The notes beneath the pieces were generated by a model, which worked only from the letters and a program-made list of their open reading frames with translations, was not told where the DNA came from and did not search any database. From Camelus dromedarius (taxonomy: Eukaryota): 64,000 nt of DNA. Position 1 is the first letter of the stretch, and the number at the start of each line of letters is the position of its first letter. The stretch lies in the NCBI RefSeq assembly GCF_036321535.1, contig NC_087437.1, forward strand, positions 20,214,001-20,278,000, given 5' to 3'. Below are positions 1-12,113 of this stretch, piece after piece. Both the position numbers and the translations under genes were made by a program.

Positions 1-1692
1 ACCAACATAAACATAGCGATGGCTCTACCGCAAGGATGCTGCATGGGGCACTTGTGCCCCCTCCAAGCCCACCTTTGTTAGCCCTTATCTCTTCTTTCCT
101 GGTGTGAGTGATGTTCCTTCCTGCCCACTCTCAGAAACTCCTCTCCCCACACACATCTGTTCCTCCTGTGGGATCCCCACTTCCTGGCACACAGCCCTCT
201 TGCGATCTCTGAGTTTCATCTGAGAGCACTGAATGGTACGTACCACGTGCAGTGCTAGCTACTTTGATACAGTGATTTCCAAGAGAAAGGGGCCAGCCTG
301 GTCCGGCAACCACCAAGTGATAAAGGCAGAGGTGCCAGCCTGGTCCCCCAGCCTGCTGGGAAAGGAGGGGGTGCTCCCACGTTTCCAGAGCTGCCCGGAA
401 GACCACTCAGAGGGACTGAGGTTGTCTGAGGTAGAGAGGAGGTGGGAACCTCACTCCCAGCTGCCTGTGGGCTGAGCTGCAAACACTCTTAGATCCGCTC
501 CAGACTGGTGCAGGAGAGCTCTGGGGAGGTCTGACTTATGTCCCAGGAGTTTAGGGTACGTGAAAGCTGGGCCTGACTCTTGCCCAGTGAGTCTGAAGCC
601 AAGAGGCTGATGGGGGCTGCCTCAATGGTGGGGTGAGGGGAGGGGGCGGCAGGGGGAAGGGGTGCCCTACTACAGTTTGGCAGAACACAGTTGTTTCCAT
701 TCTTATTCCTGTGAATCAAATGGGTGTTCAGAAATGGTCAAGGTTAGAACCAAGAGGGCTGCATGCCAGGAAGGGGGGACCTGGCAGGAGAAGCAGATGT
801 AGGGGAAGAGAAATTACTGAGAAAGCAGGAGCTGAAGGGAAACGTGAAATGCCGACTAGTAAAAAAATCATTCACACGATGTGTGGAGGGGCAAGAGCCA
901 ACCACGTGGGACTGGAGCTGGCACATGTCCCAGCCATCCTGAAAGGGACTGTGTCACTTATCAGATCAATTCCTATGTAAAGATTATAACAGATCCTTTT
1001 TTACTGAGGGTGCGGGGGTTGAGGGTGGTAAGGGGAGGAGGAAAGGGCTGAAAATATATTTTACAAGGGCCCAGACCCATTTCTGTGGCCATGAGTGGTC
1101 TCTGCAGAGCCTCTCCAAAAGTCAGCCAATGCACTCATGAAGGAGCCTGTACATAGACACCACTGTGGCAGAGGACATTTGACATTCCTGGGAAAATGAC
1201 AAACTCTAATGGCTCTTTTCTTCTTATCTGCCTTCCTCTGCCTCTGACCATGACTGGAGCTGGGAGGAGGTTGGGGGGTGAGACTGAGGAACGAAAGGAG
1301 TAAAGAACAAACCTTCCTCATCCTTTCTCCACCAGTGGCCACCAAGCCATGGGTCAAGGCTGAGTGGAGAAGAGGGGAGATCTTTTAACTGATAAGACAC
1401 TAGTATTTAATTTGGGGAGAACCCTTCCAGACTAGTTTAATATCTGCAAGTGACTGGAAGACTTTAGAATCTGCCTGAGACTTGGGCTAAGAGAGAGAGG
1501 GGAGCTGCCAGGGACAACACTGAAGGACAGGAAAAGAAGCGGAGCTGATTCCTGAGCGTATCGTGTCACCAGCCCAATGAAGAACCAGTTACTCTGGTGT
1601 GGGTGATGACCACAGGCATCCAGCTAACAGAAGACAGGGGAGGGAGGCCAGAAGATGCTCAAGATGTCTCATGAGGTCTGTCTTCTCATTCT

Positions 1693-1828
1693 ATTTTTTT
1701 TTTTTTTGGTAGGGGGAGGTATTAAGGTGTATTCATTGATTTATTCTTAGAAGAGGTACTGGGGATTGAACCCAGGACCTCATGCATGCTAAGCATGCCC
1801 TCTACAACTTGAGCTATACCCTCCCCCC
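1693..1828 (-). mobile_element. tRNA-Ala-derived camelid SINE (Vic-1 type)
   Basis: Reverse strand reads GGGGAGGGTATAGCTCAAGTTGTAGAGGGCATGCTTAGCATGCATGAGGTCCTGGGTTCAATCCCCAGTACCTC (A/B boxes), then a non-tRNA tail and polyA. Degenerate 14-bp TSD tgtcttctcattct (1679-1692) / tgtcctttcattct (1830-1843). Confidence 0.88.
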
Positions 1829-2264
1829 TTGTCCTTTCATTCTTCCTCTGCCTCCTCACCACAACTTCTCCTGACTCCAAAGGAAACTAAAAGGGAGAAG
1901 TCTTCTCTCTATATCTTCCTGACAGTTATCAACAGAAACTATAGGGAATCAATTAGGCAATAGTGAGGGAGACTGGAAATATTTAGCAAAACCTCCATAA
2001 CCAGACCCGGGTGTTTCATCAATGCAAAGGCTGAGTGGTCACCTGAACATTGGCCTTGGCCAACCCTGCCATACTTGGCAACTGACCACTCTCCTTCCTT
2101 CCATCTTTTCCTTGCATCTTGAAGAACATGATGCTTTTGTGAAAACAGCATCTGACACTACTTAGTTATGTTGTCATGGTCACGAGGCAGTGTAATAGTC
2201 CTTATAATAACTAACAGTCGTTGAGCATCTGCTCTGGGCAGATGCTTTACACACATTTCCTCAT

Positions 2265-2844
2265 TGTATCAATTAAGATGCTTTCAGTTACAAGGAACAG
2301 GAAATACAGATCAAACTGATATCAGATGATTAGAACAAAAATAATAAAGGGAATGTGGGGTTCTTATAACTAAAAATGTCCAGAGCTATGACAGCTCCAG
2401 GTAAAGAGTGATCAAGGTCTTAGAGCCTTTTCTCTACAATTTTTCAGATCTGCCACCATATATATATATTATATCAGTTTCATGTTAGTAAATATGACTG
2501 CAGCGGCTCCCAGTTATATACTACAGCTTCTAGAGAGAGGGGGGAGTCTCTTCTATTTGCTTCCTGCTGAAATAGAGTTCTTCCCCAGAACCATTCAGAA
2601 AAGCTCCAGAGTCATCGGCCTGAACTGAGTCACTTTCTTGGCAGAAGGCCCAAGGCCAGAATGGCCTGCACTCCTGGGCTCGGGCCTGGGTCCCAAACCA
2701 GTCACTGTGGCAGGAGGGTTTACGTGAGCCTATTTGGCCGAAGCCAATCAGAGCCCGTGCCTCGAAGTGGGATTGGTGTTGATCCCTCCCACTCACGAGC
2801 AAGGTTTGTGCAAAACATACAAGACTTAGTCACAATATCCCATT
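2265..2844 (-). mobile_element. Old MaLR solo LTR (MLT1K/J-like) inserted into a MIR
   Basis: Starts tgtatcaattaagatgctttcagttacaaggaacag (typical reverse MLT1 end); 5-bp TSD ctcat (2260-2264, 2845-2849). MIR-like halves at ~2205-2260 and ~2860-2990. Confidence 0.65.
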
Positions 2845-3534
2845 CTCATGAGATATTAGGATAATCCAGCATCCTCGTCATGATGCAGTTCAGGAAGCTG
2901 AGAGGCGAAATAACTTTCCCAGCATCATCCAGAGATACAGCGCTCAGCATCCAAGTCTGTCTGGATCTAGGGCCCATGCTTTTTCTGCTGTACCTGGTCA
3001 CCGGCTCATTCACCCAATATTTATGGAACATGTGCTTCGTGTTAGATTTCGCTGTGTGCTACTGTGTATTCAACGTGACTTCTCTGGGTACTGGTCAACT
3101 AGCTGCTCCTCCCCTCCCAGTGGCTGCTGTCTTGTGCTTACAGGACATCATGATTGGGACCTATGAGATTTTCTAAGTAGGAAAGGCAATTTTTGTTTCT
3201 TTGGTTTGGGTTTTTTTTTTTTTTTAATAAGGGGAGAAAAAGTCCCCATCTGTTGTCTGTGTATGGGGAAAGAGGTATTTATTCCTTACTTTGGAAAGTC
3301 AGGGAGCTATATCCAATGCTGAAAAAAATCAATTTGTCCCCTCCTCCCAGCAACTAAAAGTAAGGCAGCTCCCCTCAGCTGAACACAGATTAGGTAAAGA
3401 AGGAAATGTGCTTTGTGGTTATCACTGTCAAGCCTGATGAAATAAAAGTCCAGAACTCTGGGAGAAGCCAACTATGTTACAGGACCTAAAGTGGCTGATG
3501 TGATTGTCAGAGAGGCCCCTTGACCCTCCCAGAA

Positions 3535-3575
3535 GCATATGCACGCGCACACACACGCACACACACGCACACACA
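3535..3575. repeat. Alternating purine-pyrimidine (CA/CG) microsatellite
   Basis: gcatatgcacgcgcacacacacgcacacacacgcacacaca. Confidence 0.9.
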
Positions 3576-3865
3576 AAGAGCCTGCGAACCAGGGCCTGAT
3601 GCAGTATCTAAGTTAGGTTGGTATTTAAAGCCCAGATGGCTTCTCAGCAGAAGTTTTTCTTTGAACTTTCTTGAATCATCCTCTTCCATTTCAGAGAGCT
3701 CCACCATGAGTGTTCTAGAACATTCATTAGATCCAGTTGTAAAAGAGGAAACTAGAATGCCTGTTTGGCCTTTGAGGTGCACAACATGATGGAGTGGGAA
3801 GTCTCTTCTGGTGGAGACTGGCAAAGGGATTCTGCCTCCCTTCAAATTTTCTCTCTGCTTTTCAG

Positions 3866-3987
3866 AAATGAACCGGCATCACTATGCCCTGTACGTGCAC
3901 AACTGCCGCCTCGTCTTTCTCTTGCGCAAGGATTTCGACCAGGCTGACACCTTCCGCCCTGCGGAGTTCCACTGGAAGCTGGACCAG
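3866..3987 (+). CDS. CLSTN2: Calsyntenin-2 internal coding exon (probably exon 8), 122 bp, phase 1 to 0
   Basis: Polypyrimidine tract and acceptor ttttctctctgcttttcAG (AG 3864-3865); donor CAG|GTAGGA (GT 3988-3989). Translates (E)MNRHHYALYVHNCRLVFLLRKDFDQADTFRPAEFHWKLDQ, recognised as calsyntenin-2 LNS region. Exon number is from memory of the human gene. Confidence 0.97.
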
Positions 3988-6161
3988 GTAGGAACCCTAC
4001 CGCGCGCCTGCCGCCGCTCACCTCCGTGCAGTGATGGGGGTGTGGTGCAGTGATGGGCGTGTGGTCCAGTGGTCATGGCAGTGGGTGGGCACCTCAAGGT
4101 TCTGGTCACTTACTGGTTTAGGGGAAAATCAGCTCAGGGAGACACACAGCATCTTAAAGTCAGGATGGACACTGCCTCCTTAAAGCCCAGTAGAAGGTGG
4201 GGAGGGCCATGCTTCCCTGCTGGGATGATACCCCCATCAGTGGACCTGCCAGCCTGCATGCATTTGGTCGACTTGCTCCGCGTGGAGCTGCTGGGAAAAC
4301 GACCCTCTTGATCCCCTGCTCCAGTTTATGATCTTTATGTCATAAATGCTCCGTGTCTTCTCTCTGAGGCCCTACTATCTCCTTTGGGTGACAGTGCAGC
4401 CTCTCTTTTGGTGACACAGATTGAGAACAGGGGCCCGAGGACTTTGAAGTCAACAGTGACCCAGTGCCCTGTGAGCAGTGCCTGCTCTTTTCCGAAGTGG
4501 GAAAATCTATGACTCACTCCAGAGCATCATGGCTTGTGATCACAAGGGCCACTGTGTCGCACTTGTCAATGACAGATGAAGTGTCTAGTCTGAATCAAAA
4601 GCTTTGAAGTGTCTGTTTCGAGAGCTGTGCTGCGCTGAGATTGTGGGGAGGTGGCACTTCTCTGGGTGGCTGTGCCACTGAAGAAGCATCAGTGCAGCAA
4701 GCCAAGGGTTGGCCCCTGCTTAGATTTGAGGAGGGCTGCGCCAATTTTGTTCAGTGGTTTTACGTTTTCTAAAGGGAGAGCAGCAGCAGGCAGAGAAGAG
4801 AGTTGGAGAACGGGTCCTGCTTAATGAAGCAGATGAAGCGATGCTCATTCTACTGCTTGGGGCCCCAGCATCTCTTTTTGTTTTCTTTCTACCCAATCCA
4901 TATTCTGAGAGCTTCTAGGACCCTCAGTCTTCTTTTCTCTCTCCAAGAGCCCCTGTGTGTGCTACCTGCCTCACCTCATCTAGAGCTGAATATTTCACAA
5001 TCTTTTCCCTTCTCTCTGCCCATTACCTGTGTCTACCCCACCATCCCCCTTTACCACTTAAGCCCCCAGGCCCCCAGTAGGGTTGATCTCAGCATGTGTT
5101 ACTGGAAGCTTGCCAGAACGAACTCATTTCCGCTGAGTTGAGAATGATTGCTACCCTCTTTCCTCCATGCAGAAGAATAGACATGTGCTCTTTAAAAGAG
5201 AGATTCATTAACCTCAGGGAATGTCTCAATGGTGGAACATCAGGCAATGTGACAAGGTCAAGGAAGCCAGGCTGATGGGAAAGGTGTTTGAGGAAGCCTA
5301 GGGGCAACTGCCTAGTCCGTTCCCAGTAAATCTGACCCTCATGGACCCTGGGGTTTGGGAAACGTGGCATCCAGATCAATATATGTTCCTCTGAATTAGG
5401 AATTCTGGGTCTTGCAGAAATTATGTTATCTTGACATTGTTTCTTTGATTTCCCAGCAATCTTTCAGCTACCTTTTAAAGTGCCATATGGCTTAGATGGG
5501 ATGTTTTAAAATATATAACATGAATTGAGGTAAATTAAAATAAATTCCAGAGTGTGTGGGTTTTTAATAAAAACATTGCGACACTGGCTGAGATCCTTAT
5601 AGATGCCCTGCAGCATTTTCTAAGATGGGATTGAGAAGCAGTGATGCAGGCAAATGAAGTCACAGGGTTTGGAATGTAAAAGAGGGGAAGAAGGAATTCT
5701 GGTTCTGCAGATAAAGATACAGTGAATCTATGGCTTCTGAAATCTGTTCCCAACGTGGTGAATTTAAGGAGGGACTGAGAGTCACTGAGTGCCTTCCAAA
5801 CTACTCTGGTCTCATTTACTACCATTCCTGGATGCCTGCTCTGTGCCAGGCAGTCTGTGTGAGTGGGCTCACCCTCCCCTCAGCCCCAGTCCTGCCTGGT
5901 GGATGATATGAAGCCGGAGACCACAGCCCAGTAACTTACACACGATCACACAGCAAATCATGCCTAGGACCTGCCTTTTCCATTATGCTATGCTGCATCT
6001 TTGGCGAGCGTGCTAATGAAAATTTGAAATGGTTTCATCTTTAAATTGAAAAATTTTAATTTAGAGATCAGAATTATGCAACAAGCAAAATGTTTATGGT
6101 CTTCATAAATGAAACTTTATGAAATTGTCACATCTTCACTTTGTTTAAGCCCTGTCTTCCT

Positions 6162-6515
6162 TGTCTTAGCTTGGTTTGCCATAACCAAGTGGCTTAAACA
6201 AGAGACATTTATTTCCCACAGTTCTAGAGGCTGGGAATCCAAGATCAGGGTGCTGGCCAATTCCAGCCCCCAGTGAGGGCCCTGTTCCTGGCTGTAGACA
6301 TTGACCTTCTCACTGTGTCCTCACGTGATGGAGAGAGCAAGCTTGGGTGCCTTTTTCTCTTCTTATAAGGCACAAGCCCTATTGGGTTAGGGCCTCACCC
6401 TTAGGACCTCATTTAACCTTCATTACCTCCTAGAGGCCCTGTCTCCAAATAGAGCCTTGTTGGGGTTAGGGCTTCAACATGAGCGTTTTGTGGGGACATA
6501 ATTCAGTCTATAGCA
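6162..6515 (-). mobile_element. MaLR solo LTR, MLT1A/MLT1A0-like
   Basis: TG...CA termini (tgtcttagc ... gtctatagca), typical MLT1A body (cacagttctagaggctggga, ggttagggcttcaacat), perfect 5-bp TSD ttcct (6157-6161, 6516-6520). Confidence 0.88.
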
Positions 6516-7420
6516 TTCCTCTACTAAAGGAATTAAGTTTTAAAAATTGTAAAGGCTGCCTGTTGATGATCAGAAGCGCCAGCTCACTTGGACAGTTGCC
6601 CTCCTTCTGGAAGGAGCCACAGGGGCTAGGATGTAGGAAACCTCCACCACATTCATGCTAGCAATCCAGTGGTATATATAGGGCAGCCCAGATTCCTCTG
6701 TCCCCTATTCAGCTTCCTGTGTAGACAGAAACTTAACCAGAAGTTTCTCGGGTATAAATCACTTAATCCCCAAACTGGGGATACCTGATAAAGCCTCCTC
6801 CTTCAGGAAACCATCCTGGATCACTCCCTGAGTAGTCTGCCTCTCCCCTGTGCTCCCCACACTCCATGCAGAGTCCATCCCAGTACTTACTGTACCCTGG
6901 TTACCCATTTGTCCTGCCTTCCTGCTCACTTTGTGCTGAGGTCCTGGAGGGCAGGACTGGGTCCTACTTTCTCCAACTCCTCAATGCACATGACAGTCCT
7001 GGGCACACAGTTGGTACCCAGTAAATGTTTGCATGACAATGAACGGGTGCTGAGATCAAAAGAAAGGAGAGATGAAGTGAGCAAGGGAAAAAAAGGAAGA
7101 AGAGAAGAAAAATCAGAGATCTTTTAAGACCTCCTGGTGATTAATTGATCTTTTGATTCATTTTTAGGGAGCATTTTAAAATTCTAAAATTTTGTCATTT
7201 TTTTACTCTCTGGATCTCAAACGTTCAGCTTTGATCTTCTTGTATTATAGCAAAGATCTTGCTGAATTTACCACCAGTACCTTTGTAACTATTACAAAAC
7301 TTTCTGGCCTTGGCCAGAAAGGGCTCAAGCCAGTCTAATGTACGGTGTGTATTAAAATTCCTGGCCCACTTCAGGGATTCCAGAAGCATAATACATATTC
7401 TGTATGCATACTGCCTGATG

Positions 7421-7474
7421 GAACCTCATTTATCCTGACCACAACTTGAACCTCATTTATCCTGATCACAAACT
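7421..7474. repeat. 27-bp tandem duplication, 2 copies
   Basis: gaacctcatttatcctgaccacaactt / gaacctcatttatcctgatcacaaact. Confidence 0.9.
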
Positions 7475-7831
7475 ATGTGCAAAGCTCTGTGCTGGGTACC
7501 AGGGATCAGCAGCTAAGATAAAACCTCTGCTCTCTGGGCGTATCTGCAATCATGGGACAGACAAACACATAGTCAGACAATCCTATGTGATATGTGTTGG
7601 GGCAGAAGGTGGGGGGTCGGGTGGAGGCAGTGGGAGCCCATTCCAGGGCCACCTGCCATAGGCCGAAGGGTAAGGGCCTGGGAAAGCCTCTGGGAGGGGA
7701 TGAGAGGGCCCGGAGGTGTGGAGCCAGGCAGCCAAGCAGGCAGAGAACGGGCAGGAGGGCCATCTTCAAGGGACTGTCAGCTTTCCGTGTGTCAGGGCAC
7801 AAGATGGGGTGGAAAGGGAAGACTTCGACAG

Positions 7832-8869
7832 TGTTACTGAGCATGGACTTGGGTCCACTCACCCACGTGCAGTAAGGCCAGTCTACTGACACCTGGTTGT
7901 GGTGAAAGAAAGTGCAGCGTTTATTGCAGGGCACCAAACAGGAGAATGGGCAGTTCATGCTCAAAAGACCTGAACCCCTGGAAGGCTTTCAGGGAAAGGT
8001 TTTTAAAGGCAGGGGGAGGGGTCTTTAGGATGCGTGATCAGCTTGTGCACAATTTTCAGATTGGTTTGCCTCAAGGTGAAATTTCAAGTATCACCAATCT
8101 TCTGGTTTCAACCAGTCTGGGGTCTGCATGCTTTTGGTCAGCAGTTTTCATCTGGGGGATCTGACTCCTGTAAAAGCAACTTAGGAATGTGTGTCAGACT
8201 TTTATCTAGGTCTTTCAGGAAACTGGGAGTTCGGTGACTATGCTCTGTGGCTGGTTCAGAGTCTCAATTGTTTTCAGTTTCCCAGGCCAATCGCTAGTCT
8301 TTGTTTCTACATCTTCACCTTCCCTGATCATTCACTCTTTAAAAAAAAAAATTTTTAATTCAAGTATTGTCAGTTACAGTGTGTCAATTTCTGGTGAACA
8401 GCGCAATGTCCCAGTCATACATATACATATACATGTATATATTCGTTTTCATATTCTTTTTTATTAAAGGTTACTATAAGATATTGAATATAGTTCCCTG
8501 TGCTATACAGAAGCAATTTGGTTTTTATCTATTTTTATACATAGTGGCTGGCATTTGCAAATCTCAAGCTCCCAAATTTATCCTTTCCCACCCCTTTTCC
8601 CCAGTAACCATAAGATTGTTTACTATGTCTGCAAGTCTATTTCTGTTTTGTAGATGAGTTCATAGTATCCTTTTTATCTTTCTTTTTTTTTTTTTTTTTT
8701 AGATTCCACATATATGGTATTATCATATGGTATTTTTCTTTCTCTTTCTGGTTTACTCCTAATCATTCACTCTTGAGCCAGCTTTTTTGAGACTCAGGAG
8801 GCGAAGGAGACTAAAGTGAAAGTCTTCTGCTTCCAAAGACAGGGACTCAGGAGCTTGTATATGGTTTTA
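7832..8869 (-). mobile_element. ERV1-class solo LTR (MER41-like cetartiodactyl family), interrupted by an L1 fragment
   Basis: Starts tgttactgagc, reverse polyA signal tttatt (7920-7925), reverse TATA-like ttttaaa; ends ggtttta; near-TSD acag/gcag (4 bp, typical of ERV1). Confidence 0.72.
8340..8757 (-). mobile_element. Young lineage-specific L1 3' UTR fragment, 5'-truncated
   Basis: Typical cetartiodactyl L1 3' end (atattgaatatagttccctgtgctatacag; tagattccacatat...atggtatttttctttctctttctg). 17-bp TSD cctgatcattcactctt (8323-8339) / cctaatcattcactctt (8758-8774). Confidence 0.88.
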
Positions 8870-10255
8870 GCAGGTGTTAGGACCCCAGTGTAGAGGAGCA
8901 GGTAGGAATTAAATACCAGGAAGCTTTTTACAGCATGTTATTGAGTTGGTAATTTATTCCCAGAAGAATGGGCCACAATCAAAGCGTTTTGTTACACAAT
9001 AGAAGACTGAGAATTTTAGTGATATAAATGTAAGGAATGCTAGTATGATGTTCATAAAATGCATCATTTAAGCAAATGGGACCAGGCTGCTTAGATGGGG
9101 CCAGTAGCAGGGACTGAGAGTGAATCAGGGTCTCCCCCTTCCTCTCTGCACAGCCAGCAGATCTAGCACCTGACAGATATGGCTTGCATGCAGAGAAACT
9201 AGGGCCTGACAGGCGGGATGGCACCACATCGCACTTCAGGTGTGTGCCCCGGGGGTGTGACGGTTGTCACAGAGGAGCTGCGTGCCTCCAAAGCCCCACC
9301 CCTCTGCCCCACACCTCAGAAGGCCTTTGCCAGGGCACACGGTCTGCCGGGTAAATCCATTTCCAAAATCCATTTCCGGGCAACCCCAAGAAATGCCCCG
9401 GCAATCCAGTGCACCTCTTGAAAAGGGATCGTAACAGTGAGGAGATTGTTGTTTTAATGAGGTATTTACTTATGATCTGCTAATGCAAATCCCTCAAGCC
9501 TGCGGTTAAGTCATGTGCAAACCCAGACAGGAGCGGAGGAGAAGGCCCAGCTGCCAGCTCACACAGGAAAGGTTTATTAATTGGCAGCCCCTCCCGACTT
9601 TAATATTATCTGGATATGGTTGACTCAGCATCACGAATTCTAATGATCTTCCCTTTGGACTTGCTGGTGCTGGGAGGGGGACCCGCTGATGTTTTCTAGC
9701 ATGTTCACGGATTGGAAGACACAGCTGATGTGACAGCCTTAAAGGACCGGCAAGAGGACAGGCACCCCAAGCTCTGACAAGGGAAAGAAGGCGTCTCTGA
9801 AAAATCTCCAGGAGCATAGGGAGCGGAAGTGAGATCCAGCCTGCTGACCAGTGCCTTTTCTGAGCCAGAACCTGTAACTTCTCACCAGGGCAAGAGAAGA
9901 AAGACACAAACGACCCTGCCCCAGGAGCCCCAGGAGCCCATGGCCCCCTAGTTTGGGGGCCCTGGGGAGCATTCTCCTGCGAGAGTCTCAAACTCTAATA
10001 ATTATGGACGGGAGAAGCAGCCGAAGTGAGTGCGGCTGCCTGGCTGGGTGAGGCGGATTCTCGTTCAGACTCAGCACCACGCCACCCCAGGCCACCCTGA
10101 ATCCAGACCTGATGCTGCACTTCCAAGTGTTCAGAAGTGGGAAATCGGGTTTTTATAGGAGATCTTCCACTTTTTAAGATTTTCTCATTTAAAAACATAC
10201 ATCATCAGACCAAACAAATGTTCTGTTCTTTATACTCTGGTCGCTGATAAAAAAC

Positions 10256-10290
10256 AAAAACAAAACAAAACAAAACAAAACAAAGAAAAC
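10256..10290. repeat. (CAAAA)n pentanucleotide repeat
   Basis: Directly visible run of caaaa units. Confidence 0.9.
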
Positions 10291-11633
10291 CCCACTATCA
10301 TGGGGACACAGGAAAGCCACACCATAACAAGACCGTGTGAGAAGTGTGGCTCTTCTTCAGTGAGGCCCTCTTGTCCTTTCTAAGCCCTTCCTGTCCCAGC
10401 CCCCTGCTCCCCACCCCGTGAAGGATGCTGGATGCCCAGTGGCAAGGGAGCAGGGAGCAGGTCTGGTCCGCGGTGGCCCCTCACCACACCCAGAGGGAAG
10501 GACGGGCACGAGTGGAGCAGGGGCCCTTCCCCGGGTGGTCTTCCTTCCCCCCACAGAAAGGAGAGAGTAAGTCACAGGCCCACGCTCCCCCAGAAGCAAA
10601 TGGCAGAGCCAGGATTTGAGCCAAATACTCACATTTGTCAGGCCAACGCTTTTGCCCATTAAGTCCCTTCTACTTGCACAGAATCCTCAAGCTCCTGGAA
10701 GAGGCTAAATCCTTTATTCCTGATGAGGAAAGCGTGTTAGAATGATGGAAATCAGCTTACCCGGATCTGCTCTTCCAGCCACACCGGGAGTCAGATGGGT
10801 TCTTTCAATCACTGTTATAGCCAAGCGCCGAGGAGTTAATTGGAGAATGGTCAGTCCAGTCCAGACCAGTCCTCTTAGTGAGCAAAATAATTAGGCATTG
10901 TCAGTACTCTAATTCCGCAGTTCAAGACTAACTCTTGGATGTGCTGGCCGTGTTTCTCCTAACACAGTGATGCCACCCCGCTCACCGTGCTGCCCTGTAC
11001 ACCGGCCTTCAGCGAGACCTGCCTTCCTTTAGGAACATGTGTCCCACACAGAGGGGTGGCAGAATCTCAGGAACCTCTTTTGCCTCTCCTTTACGCAGAA
11101 TCCCAAATGACTTTTTCTAAGATGCCAACTTGCAGAGTTTTTCTGAATGGAAAATGGATGTGGGGAGAGTCAGAAATACAGTGACTCTCACTTCTGCATT
11201 TCTCTGTAATATGTAAGGGCCCCTGACAAGCCCCTACTTCTCTCAGAGTCCCTCTCCCTGCCTCTTCCGTGTCCAAGAGCTTCTAGACATTTGGAGAGAG
11301 GTGGCTTCTGTGGCTTCATGGTGTTGGCAGAGCAGGGTCTTCAGACCAACCTAGGACACCCTCAGTCCTCTCAGGTCGGGACTAGGCAGTGATTGGATTT
11401 CTTGCTCTCTGGAAATGTGACTGCTGCCATGGTCAGCCCCATGGTCAGTCTGTTGTCTTGAGAGAATGCACCAGCATACCAAAACCCACCACTTCACCCA
11501 TTGCCTGAGCCGTGTTCCCTCCACCTCAAAGCTCCATCCCTGACAGCCTTTCATCCTGTCCCATCTCTGCTGACTGGTGACCTCCACACCCCAACACCTC
11601 ACCTGGGTTCCTCAGGGTCCCCAGCCAGCCATC

Positions 11634-12113
11634 TGTGGTAGACAGACCAATGAACTCCAAAGATGTCCACCTCCGAATCCCTGAAATCTGTGCCTATGTC
11701 ACCTTACATGGCAAAGGGTCTTGACAGATGTGATTAAATTAAAGATCCTAATCTGGGGAGATTACCCTGGGTTATCCAGGTGGATCCAGTGTAACTACAA
11801 GGGTCCTTATCGGAGGGAGGCAGGAGGGTTAGGGTCAGAGAAGATGTGACAGGAAGCAGAGGTCAGAGTGATATGGGGCCACCAGTCAAAGAATGGCAGC
11901 CTGGGGGCCTCTATGAGCTGGAAACAAAGAGGAAGAAACAGCTTGCCCATTCCAGTCTTCACAAGGAAGGCAGCCCGGCCGACACGTTGACTGCAGCCCA
12001 GCAAGACTCATTTCAGATTTTTGACCTCCAAACCTGTAAGATAAGAAATCTGTGTTGTTTTATGCCACAAAGTTGGAGATTATTTCTTACAGCAGCAATA
12101 GGAAATACAGACA
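11634..12113 (+). mobile_element. MaLR solo LTR, MLT1D-like
   Basis: tgtggtagacag...aaagatgtccac...ttacatggcaaaggg...tgtaagataagaaatctgtgttgtttta...cagcagcaataggaaatacagaca; degenerate TSD ccatc/tcatt. Confidence 0.85.

Noticed and set aside
3890..4060. CpG island at the first exon
   Set aside because: CpG enrichment covers under 200 bp and is largely explained by coding constraint.
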